Part shown: positions 34,410 through 43,809 of the stretch, in pieces
Position numbering within the stretch: the stretch's first letter is position 1
Layout: each line of letters starts with the position of its first letter
Sequence record: OL960581
DNA length: 64,000 nt
Reading direction: 5' to 3' (one strand)
Source of the DNA: Escherichia phage vB_EcoM_SA20RB
Notes under the pieces: model-generated
The model's input: only the letters and a program-made list of their open reading frames with translations
What the model was told of the DNA's origin: nothing
The model's database searches: none
Translations under genes and position numbers: made by a program

Positions 34410-35610
34410 ATTTTGTAATAATGTCAAACTGTTCTTTAAAGCAGAAGCTTGAATCTTGATGCTGATACAAAAATTCATAAGCTTTTTCGCGTTCACGGTC
34501 ATAAAGAGCTCGGTCAGATGACAGTTCTTTAATACGTTCAAATGTTGATTCCATGTCATTTTCATCAAACCAAACGATACCGCTATCATGAGAAATTAAC
34601 GGAGTATTATCAACACGGAATTTTAAATTTTCGCCAGTAGATTTCCAAAATACTGGAATTGTTCCACATGCACCAAGCTCGAGATGAGTATATTCTAAAG
34701 AACGTTGTAGATATTTTTTGTCCAACTTACTCAGCTGATAACCAAATCCGGATTTACTCATGCGCTCAAGCATTTCGCTATTTACATAACGGTCAAGAAT
34801 TTGCGTTGGCAAATTAGGAGCAATTTTAATTTGGTCTACTTGATGAAGACGATAATACTCGTATGGAATTCCTTTTTCTTTAATAGGAATGAACGCAGGA
34901 GAACGTTCCAGACCTTCCATAATAGTACTTAGCCCAGCAGGTTTAAGATGTTTTTCGTGAAAATCAAACATCTGATAAAAACCTTTCCATGTAGTCGTAC
35001 GACCAATCCAACGGTTGACATTCATGTTAATTTCAGAAACATCTTTCCAGTAGGTTGATCGAACCTTCGCAATATCCATAGGAGGCTGAAAGTTGTATAC
35101 AGTCGGTGCTTCTTCAATATCATCAAACAGAGAAACTGTTTCTGGATACCATTCTTTCATCAAAACTTTATTAAAATCACCATTATCAGAATGACTAAAA
35201 ATAACATCAGCTCGACGAACAGTTTCTTCTAATCCCAAATTTCGGCGCAAAGAAAGAGAAGAATGGTCATGTTGATAAACTACAACACGAACTGAAGGTT
35301 TAATGTTATCAATAATTTTTTTATAGTTATTAATAGTGTCTTCTTCGACTGAAGTAGCAGGAACTGAATTGATAATTAGAATATCACAATCATTTACCAG
35401 CTTAAGTGTTTTATCGTATTCTTTTGCCAATAAAACCGGAATTGAAAATGATTTATAATCATGCGCGCAATTACGAGTAAATGATTTATCTTTAGCATAA
35501 ACCAAAGTTACTTCATGACCATTTTTAATAAACCAATCACGCTGCTCGAGAGAAAATTTAGTTACGCCGCAACCTTCAAGACCTCGAGCCATAAAAATAC
35601 ATACTTTCAT
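34408..35610 (-). CDS. a-gt: alpha-glucosyltransferase (HMC-DNA)
   Basis: 400 aa, the T4 alpha-gt length; MKVCIFMARGLEGCGVTKFSLEQRDWFIKNGHEVTLVY. Confidence 0.88.
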   Translation of the reverse strand: MKVCIFMARGLEGCGVTKFSLEQRDWFIKNGHEVTLVYAKDKSFTRNCAHDYKSFSIPVLLAKEYDKTLKLVNDCDILIINSVPATSVEEDTINNYKKIIDNIKPSVRVVVYQHDHSSLSLRRNLGLEETVRRADVIFSHSDNGDFNKVLMKEWYPETVSLFDDIEEAPTVYNFQPPMDIAKVRSTYWKDVSEINMNVNRWIGRTTTWKGFYQMFDFHEKHLKPAGLSTIMEGLERSPAFIPIKEKGIPYEYYRLHQVDQIKIAPNLPTQILDRYVNSEMLERMSKSGFGYQLSKLDKKYLQRSLEYTHLELGACGTIPVFWKSTGENLKFRVDNTPLISHDSGIVWFDENDMESTFERIKELSSDRALYDREREKAYEFLYQHQDSSFCFKEQFDIITK

Positions 35611-35634
35611 TTAATATCCTCATTGTTTTGGTTT

Positions 35635-35658
35635 ATTTTACCAAAAATTTATAAAGCA
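35635..35658 (-). promoter_or_regulatory. MotA-dependent middle promoter upstream of alpha-gt
   Basis: Minus strand TTGCTTTA, 11 nt, TAAAAT. Confidence 0.6.
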
Positions 35659-35660
35659 AT

Positions 35661-35680
35661 ATAGGAGCCGAAGCTCCTAT
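35661..35680 (-). terminator. UUCG-tetraloop hairpin upstream of the alpha-gt promoter
   Basis: AUAGGAGC-UUCG-GCUCCUAU. Confidence 0.6.
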
Positions 35681-35850
35681 CCGCATAATACACCATACAG
35701 AGGCTCATTAGAGCTTCTAAATTTTATACGTTTATGTGTTATAGTTCCTTCTGCTTTAGCTTTATCATGAGACTCTTTAAAGCGCCTCATCATTTCTACT
35801 TTAGAGGAACGAATTTTATTATAATCTATTTCACAAGTCTGGGCGTTCAT
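35677..35850 (-). CDS. 57-aa basic peptide (below track cutoff)
   Basis: Hand translation MNAQTCEIDYNKIRSSKVEMMRRFKESHDKAKAEG...; its stop lies inside terminator hairpin 35661-35680. Confidence 0.35.
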   Translation of the reverse strand: MNAQTCEIDYNKIRSSKVEMMRRFKESHDKAKAEGTITHKRIKFRSSNEPLYGVLCG

Positions 35851-35853
35851 CTT

Positions 35854-36060
35854 TCACAGTTGCCACCATTTTTTGACTTGATAGGAATCAACCCACACTT
35901 TCATATTAGGGTCTGCTCTTACAATAGGAGGATTAACTTCTTTAATTGAACTATCATGGTATTCTTTTTCAGAAATTTTCACGCAAAGATGACCATTCAA
36001 AGATTCAGTAAATCCTGCATTAATTTTAAGACGCTTGAATTTTACGCGTGTAAGCATCAA
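35854..36060 (-). CDS. hypothetical small protein
   Basis: 68-aa ORF between 55 and a-gt. Confidence 0.45.
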   Translation of the reverse strand: MMLTRVKFKRLKINAGFTESLNGHLCVKISEKEYHDSSIKEVNPPIVRADPNMKVWVDSYQVKKWWQL

Positions 36061-36343
36061 TCATATCCTCAATCTGCGATCTAGTAGTCTTCCAAAGAAT
36101 ACTAATGAGTTCATCGTTATATGGCTGTTTTAGAATATCCCGACTTTTCTTGATAGCATATTCGTATTGAGCAAAATTATTGTTTTCAGCTGCAATCTGA
36201 GCGTGTTTATAAAGACGGTTCAGTTCGCGTTTGTTTTTAGACAATAACTTATTTGCTTTTCTTTCTGCTTCAAGACGGTTCTTTTCTTCAATAGAAGAAA
36301 TAAGCTTTTCCACTTCATCATTAATTTCGGGTTTATCAGTCAT
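36026..36343 (-). CDS. hypothetical helical protein
   Basis: 105-aa ORF. Confidence 0.5.
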   Translation of the reverse strand: MTDKPEINDEVEKLISSIEEKNRLEAERKANKLLSKNKRELNRLYKHAQIAAENNNFAQYEYAIKKSRDILKQPYNDELISILWKTTRSQIEDMIDAYTRKIQAS

Positions 36344-36344
36344 A

Positions 36345-36563
36345 TTATTTCTCTAATATAAAATAAAAATCATCATCTGTTAAATGATACCGATAGTTTA
36401 ATTCTACACCATTAGATTTAAAAGCGGTATCATACGGATTTTCTGGATCAATATCAATGTCAAGAGCTAAAACTTCCCTGAGATACATTTTAAGTAAATA
36501 GGGAATAGCTTCAACTTCAGGTATTTCTTCCAAGAATCCGGAGAGGTTAATCGTTAGCCTCAT
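36345..36563 (-). CDS. hypothetical small acidic protein
   Basis: 72-aa ORF; overlaps the gene 55 stop. Confidence 0.5.
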
Positions 36564-37110
36564 ATAAAAAATCCAAACTAGGAGAATCGTCTACAACACT
36601 TTTCTTTTCAGCCCCCGGTGTTCTATAGGTTGATTCTTCGTAATGCGTCATTTTATCGTAGATGTCTTGAATAAAAGTTTCATCTACTAACGCAACCATA
36701 TCGTCGTCACGACTGTCATAGACATTGTGAACGAAGTAACTATATTTCTTTGCAACTTCCTTACGTTCTTTTTTAATACGTTGGACGAATGCATTAAAAC
36801 AAGCTTGAGTTATATATGCATGTGGGTTTTTATATTTCGTTTCATCAAAATTATGAAGCCCCTTAATAGAAGCTTCTATACCATCTGCAATCATTTCTTG
36901 TTTCCAAGATTGGGTGTATCCTGAAAAGTTGAAACGTTTAGATAAGCCTTCTGCAATAAGCATAATGGCTAATCCGATAGTATCATTCTGACGAACTACT
37001 TTATTTGGGTCTTTATTATTTGCTAATTCTGTTTTCCAATCAATAATAGCTTGTAAAAGCTCTTTATTGTTTACGTAATTATATTTAGGCTTAGTTTCTG
37101 ACATTTTCAC
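36547..37110 (-). CDS. 55: late-transcription sigma factor gp55
   Basis: (MK)[36 protein letters not shown]; 185-187 aa depending on start. Confidence 0.93.
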
Positions 37111-37182
37111 CTCTTAGCTCAATTCATAGATCTATTATATCATAATATTTGAAGATCTATCTTAAAGCATAGAGGATATCAG

Positions 37183-37452
37183 TTATCTAAGTAAACAGTA
37201 TGCTTGGAACACTTTCTCCATCATCTTTTTAAATTCATGAATATCTATGTAATGACTAGTTAAATCAGCATGATATAAAAAGTCTAAAAACTTTTCATGT
37301 GTGCTAGCATATTCACTTTCATTTAATTCAGAAACATGGCTTTCCCAATATCCAACACCAGTCTTATTTGGGAAAAATGAAATTTTCATGTATTGGTCAA
37401 CATAGAAAATGCCATAATTTTCAATAGTAATAGAAATATTAATAAATTTCAT
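37183..37452 (-). CDS. hypothetical protein (55.x region)
   Basis: 89-aa ORF. Confidence 0.45.
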   Translation of the reverse strand: MKFINISITIENYGIFYVDQYMKISFFPNKTGVGYWESHVSELNESEYASTHEKFLDFLYHADLTSHYIDIHEFKKMMEKVFQAYCLLR

Positions 37453-37670
37453 ACATTCATCAACTTAGCCGCTTCGAGAGCTGCATCTAGTGAATCAAAT
37501 TGGTCAACGTATTCAATCAATTCGCCATAATTAGCGTATAACCACCATTGGCTAAATTCATACTCAAGGATGAATCCATTTCCTTCAATTTGAGTTAAAC
37601 CAATGCCATTTGTATTTACTTCATATCCGGCAAGACGTAAATCGTTAATAAGAGCTTCGTTCATATTCAT
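37449..37670 (-). CDS. hypothetical small acidic protein
   Basis: 73-aa ORF, 4-nt overlaps on both sides. Confidence 0.5.
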   Translation of the reverse strand: MNMNEALINDLRLAGYEVNTNGIGLTQIEGNGFILEYEFSQWWLYANYGELIEYVDQFDSLDAALEAAKLMNV

Positions 37671-37993
37671 ACCTTAGCAATTTTCAGGTCAGCAAATTTT
37701 TTCTTGCGTTGATTTTTCATACGACGAATAGTTTTATCGGAAATTTCATGCTTTTGATAAGCTTTAGATTCTACACCAAAAGCTTTAACATCAAATTCTG
37801 ACAAGATATATTGAACCAACAATTCACGGACAGTATTGCGTCCAATTTTCTGATCATTCTGTTTCATCGTCTGATGAAGTTCTTTTTCCCATTTATCCAA
37901 AATTTGAGGAGTTACAATATCGCCTTTTTCTAGCAGAGAAACTACTTTATCATATGCATAAGAATTGATGGCGTTTTTAATTTGAATAGTCAT
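37667..37993 (-). CDS. hypothetical protein with basic C-terminus
   Basis: 108-aa ORF; terminator hairpin upstream at 38032-38047. Confidence 0.5.
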   Translation of the reverse strand: MTIQIKNAINSYAYDKVVSLLEKGDIVTPQILDKWEKELHQTMKQNDQKIGRNTVRELLVQYILSEFDVKAFGVESKAYQKHEISDKTIRRMKNQRKKKFADLKIAKV

Positions 37994-38031
37994 ACATTAT
38001 CCTCAATTGCGTTAAAATTTTATTATCCAAA

Positions 38032-38047
38032 AAGGGCCGAAGCCCTT
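38032..38047 (-). terminator. UUCG-tetraloop hairpin
   Basis: AAGGGC-UUCG-GCCCUU followed by U5. Confidence 0.65.
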
Positions 38048-38246
38048 AGCTAAACTGTTTGGCACCCTTCCAGCCTTCGTACATCATTGCAGCTGATATT
38101 AATATTGCTCCTGCGCATTTTGAATATTTGTGATTCCAAAACCAGTTCAGAAAAACTTCGTCATCAATACCTTGGGCTATCATATTTTCAAAGAACTGAC
38201 GACGAGCTTCGGCAATTCGTTGTGATAATTTAGATTCAGGATTCAT
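38046..38246 (-). CDS. hypothetical small protein
   Basis: 66-aa ORF. Confidence 0.45.
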   Translation of the reverse strand: MNPESKLSQRIAEARRQFFENMIAQGIDDEVFLNWFWNHKYSKCAGAILISAAMMYEGWKGAKQFS

Positions 38247-38378
38247 TTAAATTTTCCAGTTACCGTTTTCATCAATGAATTTAATCCAGTCATTTACTGA
38301 CCACTTAGTCGTATCGCCTTTTGGAGCGACATTTAAAGTGTATAATCCTTGTTTAAAAAGCATGCGTTTGATATTCAT
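38247..38378 (-). CDS. 43-aa peptide
   Basis: Track ORF trimmed to MNIKRMLFKQGLYTLNV, preceded by GAGGAAA just after the upstream stop. Confidence 0.35.
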   Translation of the reverse strand: MNIKRMLFKQGLYTLNVAPKGDTTKWSVNDWIKFIDENGNWKI

Positions 38379-38385
38379 ATTTTCC

Positions 38386-38679
38386 TCAGCTGTAACGATA
38401 GCACTCGTTTGATTTACGCTTAGCAACTCGTTGAGAAGTATTGTAATCAAAATCATCGTCAATGTAAACTGATTTTTTCAACTTTCTTACTTCACCACGC
38501 AATTGACGATTTAACTCATCTTTAACTTCTGAATCAATGCCTTTCATTCTACGCCATTTATCTGAGCGAAAAATGTTTTCAACCATATCTTTATGACTTA
38601 CACCATCAGGAGCTTTACGCTTTCCGAAATAGTCATAATCACGAACTTTCAAGTCTTTACGACGATACGTTTTACCCAT
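38386..38679 (-). CDS. hypothetical highly basic protein
   Basis: 97 aa from MGKTYRRKDLKVRDYDYFGKRK. Confidence 0.45.
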   Translation of the reverse strand: MGKTYRRKDLKVRDYDYFGKRKAPDGVSHKDMVENIFRSDKWRRMKGIDSEVKDELNRQLRGEVRKLKKSVYIDDDFDYNTSQRVAKRKSNECYRYS

Positions 38680-38854
38680 GGAGTTTAATTTCCTTAGCAA
38701 CTGAACTAAATACAGCACGATCACAAATCATCTGTTTATGTAACTTGAGTATAAGATAATAAACTTCAAAACCGTTTACATAAGTAACACGAACAACATT
38801 ACCATTAATAAAATAATATTGTCCCTTTTTAATTTCTTTATCAACCACAACCAT
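38672..38854 (-). CDS. hypothetical small protein
   Basis: 60-aa ORF just downstream of early promoter 38885-38914. Confidence 0.45.
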   Translation of the reverse strand: MVVVDKEIKKGQYYFINGNVVRVTYVNGFEVYYLILKLHKQMICDRAVFSSVAKEIKLHG

Positions 38855-38884
38855 ATCAAATCCTCAAAGGCAATTCATATGTTA

Positions 38885-38914
38885 ATAATACCATAGTTTG
38901 AACTTCTTGTAAAC
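38885..38914 (-). promoter_or_regulatory. early promoter
   Basis: GTTTAC, 18 nt, TATTAT. Confidence 0.6.
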
Positions 38915-39011
38915 AACTTTGTGAAATTATTTTAGGGAACGATAAGAAGGGAACGATAGCTTAGAATGGTAATATACAGAATGCGAGAAAGAAAGGCCCA
39001 GAGGGCCCGTC

Positions 39012-39320
39012 TTAGTCTTCTATGATATCTCTATCATATCCAAGTGAAATGAGAGTTTCTTTGAAGTGTTTAATGTTCTTTTGTCTAGAATCATTGATGA
39101 AAATGACTGGATAACGAATGTTAAGAGATGTGAATCCAGCGCGTTTAGCAAGAGATACAATCAGTGGACGATCATACTCAATCTTACCATTATTTGTAAG
39201 AACTTTATAGAAAGTAAAAGGAGCATTGAGCTCCTTTAGAAGTTTTGTAACTGATTGACATCCAGGACAACGACCTACTTCATCTGGAATTCCATAGACT
39301 TCAATCTTATTTTGTTTCAC
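39012..39320 (-). CDS. nrdH: NrdH-like glutaredoxin
   Basis: 102 aa; CPGC redox motif; slot upstream of the 55.x genes. Confidence 0.82.
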   Translation of the reverse strand: MKQNKIEVYGIPDEVGRCPGCQSVTKLLKELNAPFTFYKVLTNNGKIEYDRPLIVSLAKRAGFTSLNIRYPVIFINDSRQKNIKHFKETLISLGYDRDIIED

Positions 39321-39322
39321 AA

Positions 39323-39535
39323 CTATTCCTTACTAAGAGCAGCATTCAGCTTATTAGTAATTTTATCCAGACGCTCATTGAACTCGCTAGAAGACAGTCC
39401 TTTTTCTGGAGAAATCAAACTAATCACGAAAAATATAACAATAAAAGGAATAAGGAAAATAGCTCCAACTGCCATAAACAAAAAGAATGTTACGGTTGTA
39501 AGAAAATCAGCTAAACCTTTACGAAATTTATACAT
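39323..39535 (-). CDS. small membrane protein
   Basis: 70 aa with one long TM (FLTTVTFFLFMAVGAIFLIPFIVIFFVISLI). Confidence 0.5.
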   Translation of the reverse strand: MYKFRKGLADFLTTVTFFLFMAVGAIFLIPFIVIFFVISLISPEKGLSSSEFNERLDKITNKLNAALSKE

Positions 39536-39650
39536 ATTTTACCCTTAATTGATTAACCAAGCATTGATAAGCACTAAACTATATTGCGAATAAAATTCTG
39601 GACCAAAATGAAAAATCATATCATTTATAGTGTCCATAATATAATTCAAT

Positions 39651-40121
39651 TTAATCATGTTTCCACACCCCATCGGTATTTGACCAAAGTCGCTGATTAT
39701 CTGATCCTCGCCACAGCTTTTTGGTAGGAAGATTTTTCTCATACTTCCCATCAATAATAACATCAACATATTTAAGCATTTCTAGTTGTTTAATATCTTC
39801 AAATTTATATCCTGTCCACAACCAAATGCTTTTATTGGAATAAAGATTTTTTACTGTTTGAACCACAGAGTGAATAACATCTCGGTTATCAGGATAGAGA
39901 GGGTCTCCTCCAGTTATAGTTAATCCTTCTATATAATCATTATTCAAACATTCAATTAATTGTTCTAGTGTTTCACCAGTGAATGGAACACCATTTCTAG
40001 CATTCCATGTTGATTTATTATAACACCCTTCGCATTTATGCAAACAACCTGTAACGAAAAGAACTGTCCTGCATCCAGGACCATTAACAAAGCAGCATGG
40101 GTATATTCTGTCATAATTCAT
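39651..40121 (-). CDS. nrdG: anaerobic ribonucleotide reductase activase (radical SAM)
   Basis: 156 aa; radical-SAM-type Cys cluster CLHKCEGC (Cx3Cx2C); the T4 NrdG length. Confidence 0.92.
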   Translation of the reverse strand: MNYDRIYPCCFVNGPGCRTVLFVTGCLHKCEGCYNKSTWNARNGVPFTGETLEQLIECLNNDYIEGLTITGGDPLYPDNRDVIHSVVQTVKNLYSNKSIWLWTGYKFEDIKQLEMLKYVDVIIDGKYEKNLPTKKLWRGSDNQRLWSNTDGVWKHD

Positions 40122-40950
40122 TTATATATTTCCAATTATAGCCTTCAACACTTTTACGTTCGCCATTTAAACATTTTAAAATATTTCCTTTGCTAGAAAT
40201 ATTAAAATATTTTGCTGCGTCTGGTATATAATTAAATGTTTTTAAAAGAACACCATCTTTATATGCGCCAAATAAATTAAGAGTATATTTTTCTCGAAGA
40301 CGCTGATGTTTCCTTTTCATAACCTCAGGATTTGCATACGCCAACCTCAATGAATTTCTATGTTTTTCTTTTACTTCAGGTTTTTGCATTGCTAACTTAG
40401 TTAGCCTGGAAATTTTATTTCTAACTTCGTCAGTTTTCATTGCATTTGACAAATTTAATAAAGTTTTATTTCTAACTTCAGGTTTTTGCATTGCTAACTT
40501 AGTTAGTTCTCTATGTCTTTTTCTAAAATCGTCATCCTTCCATATATTTTTCGATAATTTTGACATAGAGCGGTGAAATAATTCCTTTTCACTGGAATAC
40601 AATTTAAAAATTTCATCCAATTCATCCGCATTAAATCTATCGGTATTCGAGTTTATCATTCTATGAAAGGCATAACACATTTTACTATTGCTTGTTTTAG
40701 CTAAATAGTAATGAGCTAACGCATGGTCATAATATGACAAATTAACAATATTCCATTTATCTGTTTTATATTCAGGAAATATAGATTTGGGAAGCACGTG
40801 ATGTGCTTCCGTTTTTCCTTTTATTTTAGGATTATTATAATTTTTTGTTATCAAATCAACATATGACAATAGTAAATCATTATTTTCTTCAAATATTAAA
40901 GCTAATTTATCATTCACAAAATCGCAAGGATAAAATCTATCGTAATTCAT
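40111..40950 (-). CDS. free-standing HNH homing endonuclease (mobC slot)
   Basis: 279 aa; HNH motif AHHVLPKS...NIVNLSYYDHALAH; repeated ..LTKLAMQKPEV(R/K).K NUMOD-like modules; lies between nrdD and nrdG. Confidence 0.82.
   Translation of the reverse strand: MNYDRFYPCDFVNDKLALIFEENNDLLLSYVDLITKNYNNPKIKGKTEAHHVLPKSIFPEYKTDKWNIVNLSYYDHALAHYYLAKTSNSKMCYAFHRMINSNTDRFNADELDEIFKLYSSEKELFHRSMSKLSKNIWKDDDFRKRHRELTKLAMQKPEVRNKTLLNLSNAMKTDEVRNKISRLTKLAMQKPEVKEKHRNSLRLAYANPEVMKRKHQRLREKYTLNLFGAYKDGVLLKTFNYIPDAAKYFNISSKGNILKCLNGERKSVEGYNWKYINEL
40373..40506 (-). repeat. 32-nt perfect direct repeat inside the HNH gene (copies 40373-40404 and 40475-40506)
   Basis: acttcaggtttttgcattgctaacttagttag occurs twice, 102 nt apart, encoding LTKLAMQKPEV twice. 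Confidence 0.85.
40909..40950 (-). repeat. diverged duplicate of the nrdG 5' end (compare 40080-40121)
   Basis: ATGAATTACGATAGATTTTATCCTTGCGATTTTGTGAATGAT versus ATGAATTATGACAGAATATACCCATGCTGCTTTGTTAATGGT. Confidence 0.75.
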
Positions 40951-42226
40951 TGGTGTTTAACCCTATGCATGATTTCTTTATTTTTTCCGAGATTAAATCC
41001 GCGTTCATTCGGATTTCCCAAATAACCACAAGTTCTTCTTATTGTGTTCATCTTTTTAGGATCAGTTTCTCCACAAATAGAACAAACAAATCCGTTTTCA
41101 GTAGGAGTCATTTCATGTGTACTTCCACATGTAAAACATTTATCTACTGGCATGTTAACACCAAAATAATCTAAATGTTGTGCAGCATAATCCCATACAG
41201 CCTCAAGACCTTTTAAGTTATTTTTCATATCAGGAAGTTCAACATAAGAAATGTGACCACCTGTCGCAATGAAATGATATGGGGCTTCGCGAGAAATCTT
41301 TTCAAATGGAGTGATATTTTCTTCTACTGAAACATGGAAACTATTAGTGTACCAGCCTTTATCAGTAACATCTTTTACACTTCCATATTTTTCAGTATCA
41401 AGTTTACAGAAGCGATAACAAAGGTTTTCAGCAGGTGTAGAATACAAGCTAAAAGCAAAACCAGTTCTTTCAGTCCACTGCTTAAGACGAGCATTCATTT
41501 TAGTTAAAATTTCCTGTCCAATATCACGACCGACAAGAATATTCAATTCGTGAATACCAATGTATCCTAGGGACACTGAACTTCTACCGTTTTTAAATAA
41601 CTCAATTATGTCGTCATCAGGTTTAAGACGAACCCCGAATGCACCTTCTTGGTAAAGAATAGGAGCAACAGTAGCTTTAACTCCTTTTAAGGAACTAATT
41701 CTACACATCAATGCTTCAAAACATAAATCCATTCTCTCATTGAACAATTCGGCAAATTTCTGTTCATTGAACTGTGTTCCAATATAAGAATCTAATGCGA
41801 TACGAGGAAGATTCAGTGTTACAACACCAAGATTATTACGTCCATCAAGAATTTCATTACCAGTCGAATCTTTCCATACGCTCAAGAAACTACGGCAACC
41901 CATTGGAGAAACAGGAACAGATGAACCAGTGATAGCTCTATTGTTCTTAGCTGAAATAATATCAGGATACATCCTTTTGCTTGCACACTCTAGAGCAAGC
42001 TGCTTAATATCATAGTTCGGATCGTCTTTGTAAAGATTAACACCTTCTTCAACGAACATGACAAGTTTAGGGAAAATAGGAGTTATCCCATCACGACCAA
42101 GACCTTTGATACGATTTTTCAGAATTGCTTTCTGAATCATTCGTTCAGTCCAGTCAGTTCCCGTACCAAATGTAATTGTTACAAAAGGCGTTTGACCATT
42201 AGAGCTGAAAAGTGTATTTACTTCAT
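40947..42226 (-). CDS. nrdD: anaerobic ribonucleotide reductase NrdD, exon 2
   Basis: …EVNTLFSSNGQTPFVTITFG… through the glycyl-radical end RRTCGYLG; exons 1+2 sum to 605 aa, the T4 NrdD length. Confidence 0.88.
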
Positions 42227-43271
42227 CATTATATTCAGCATGAGTCGCAAATTCATGCCCGTTTATATGAAACAACAAAATTTGGATAGTCCATAGATAT
42301 GCAACGTTCTTTTATAGTGCTAGGATGAAAATTTAGCGCTTTAGCTGCTTCTATATAAGACGTATACTTAATACCGTCAACAACCACATATTCAGGAACT
42401 TTATGAATAGTAGTCTTAATACTCAAAACAAGAGGATGAGTTTCGACTTCACTTTCAGTGCAATTTAAATATTCCGCTGCTTTTTTAAAACTTCTAAAAG
42501 TTTTATTTTTAAGCTTTATCGATACTTGTTTTTTACTTTTTCGACTATTGATATTATTTTGCACATGTTCCTTAGATCTTCCGTTTTTAGCATAATATTC
42601 AGCTACAGAAGATTTTATATTGTTTTTATGAGATTCGGATAACACTTTACCCTTATGAGCATCTCTTAATTTTTGAATATGTTCTTCAGTATCCGGATGC
42701 TTATAAAACTTTTTACCGCCTATGGATTTATTTAAACATTTTTTGCTATAAAAATATTTACGTATGACCTCTTCTTCATGTTTTAATGCATCTTTATAAC
42801 TATCAAATGTTTTTAAAATTATCCATTTAGTAGGTGTATCAGTTTTTAAGCGTTCATTTATATACTTAGATGACGTTGTGTAAGTTTTCCAGTTTGTGGG
42901 CTTGTTTTTAATTGTTCTAAATTTTTTATAACCGATATAAATGTCGCCATTAGAAAACTTAACTAAGTATGTAAATGCGTCTTTATCTTTTATTTTAGTA
43001 CAACGTCTTTTTATCCATTTCATTGTTTCACCTCGTATTCATAAGATAATCTTATTTATACAAGATGACTGCTGCATGTCGCCATGCAGATTAGACTATA
43101 TCTTCATCTTTCGATGCCGGCCGTTTCGAATAGCATTAGCTTCTATTCTACACCGTTACATTCATCACGGTTAGTCGTTAGGCATTTAGTTCAAAAGAAC
43201 ATTTAGCACGGGATTGTCTACTAGAGAGGTTCCCCGTTTAGACCGGTTTTACATGAGCCTGAATTAAATTA
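42227..43271 (-). mobile_element. group I self-splicing intron in nrdD (sunY-type) carrying the I-TevII ORF
   Basis: Exon 1 frame stops 2 codons after ...AFQAYE. The intron core has ctaaacggggaacctctctagtagacaatcccgtgctaaat, typical of T4 introns. The 5' splice site follows a U and the intron ends in G. Confidence 0.85.
42253..43023 (-). CDS. I-TevII: intron-encoded GIY-YIG homing endonuclease I-TevII
   Basis: 256 aa; NGDIYIGYKK GIY-YIG motif; located inside the nrdD intron. Confidence 0.85.
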   Translation of the reverse strand: MKWIKRRCTKIKDKDAFTYLVKFSNGDIYIGYKKFRTIKNKPTNWKTYTTSSKYINERLKTDTPTKWIILKTFDSYKDALKHEEEVIRKYFYSKKCLNKSIGGKKFYKHPDTEEHIQKLRDAHKGKVLSESHKNNIKSSVAEYYAKNGRSKEHVQNNINSRKSKKQVSIKLKNKTFRSFKKAAEYLNCTESEVETHPLVLSIKTTIHKVPEYVVVDGIKYTSYIEAAKALNFHPSTIKERCISMDYPNFVVSYKRA

Positions 43272-43809
43272 ACTCATACGCCTGGAATGCATCGTATACG
43301 TCTTTTTCTGTTTTAGACTGGGCATAATTCAACGCATCAGCGATTTGCCATTTTTCTGCATCCTCAATATGTTTTGCATAGGTGCGTTTAACATAAGGAG
43401 AAAGTACTTTATCTACATTAGCAAAAGTCGTTCCGCCGTACTGATGTGAAGCAACCTGTGCAGTAATTTGTGCCATAATTGCAGTAGCAACGCCAATTGA
43501 TTTAGGAGTTTCAATCTGTGCATTGCCGAGCTTAAATCCGTTCTCAAGCATTCCTTTTAAATCTACTAAACAGCAATTAGTAAATGGAAGAGCAGGGGAA
43601 TAATCAATATCGTGGAAATGGATAATTCCGCTTTCATGCGCTTTCATAATAAAAGACGGGACCATATTTTTGGCAATGTGTTTAGACACAATACCAGCCA
43701 TAAGGTCCCGTTGAGTTGGAAAAACACGAGAATCTTTATTAGCATTCTCGTTCAAAAGGTCTTTATTAGTTTTATGAATCAATCCTTCAATTTCTTTTTC
43801 AATTGTCAT
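43272..43809 (-). CDS. nrdD: anaerobic ribonucleotide reductase NrdD, exon 1
   Basis: MTIEKEIEGLIHKTNKDLLNENANKDSRVFPTQRDLMAG...; ends at GAG-U just before the intron. Confidence 0.88.

Noticed and set aside
37130-37180. MotA box (TATGCTTTAA on the minus strand) upstream of gene 55
   Set aside because: The best -10 candidates are 15 nt away (TATTAT) or weak (AAATAT at 12 nt), so the spacing does not fit the 11-13 nt rule well enough to call a promoter.
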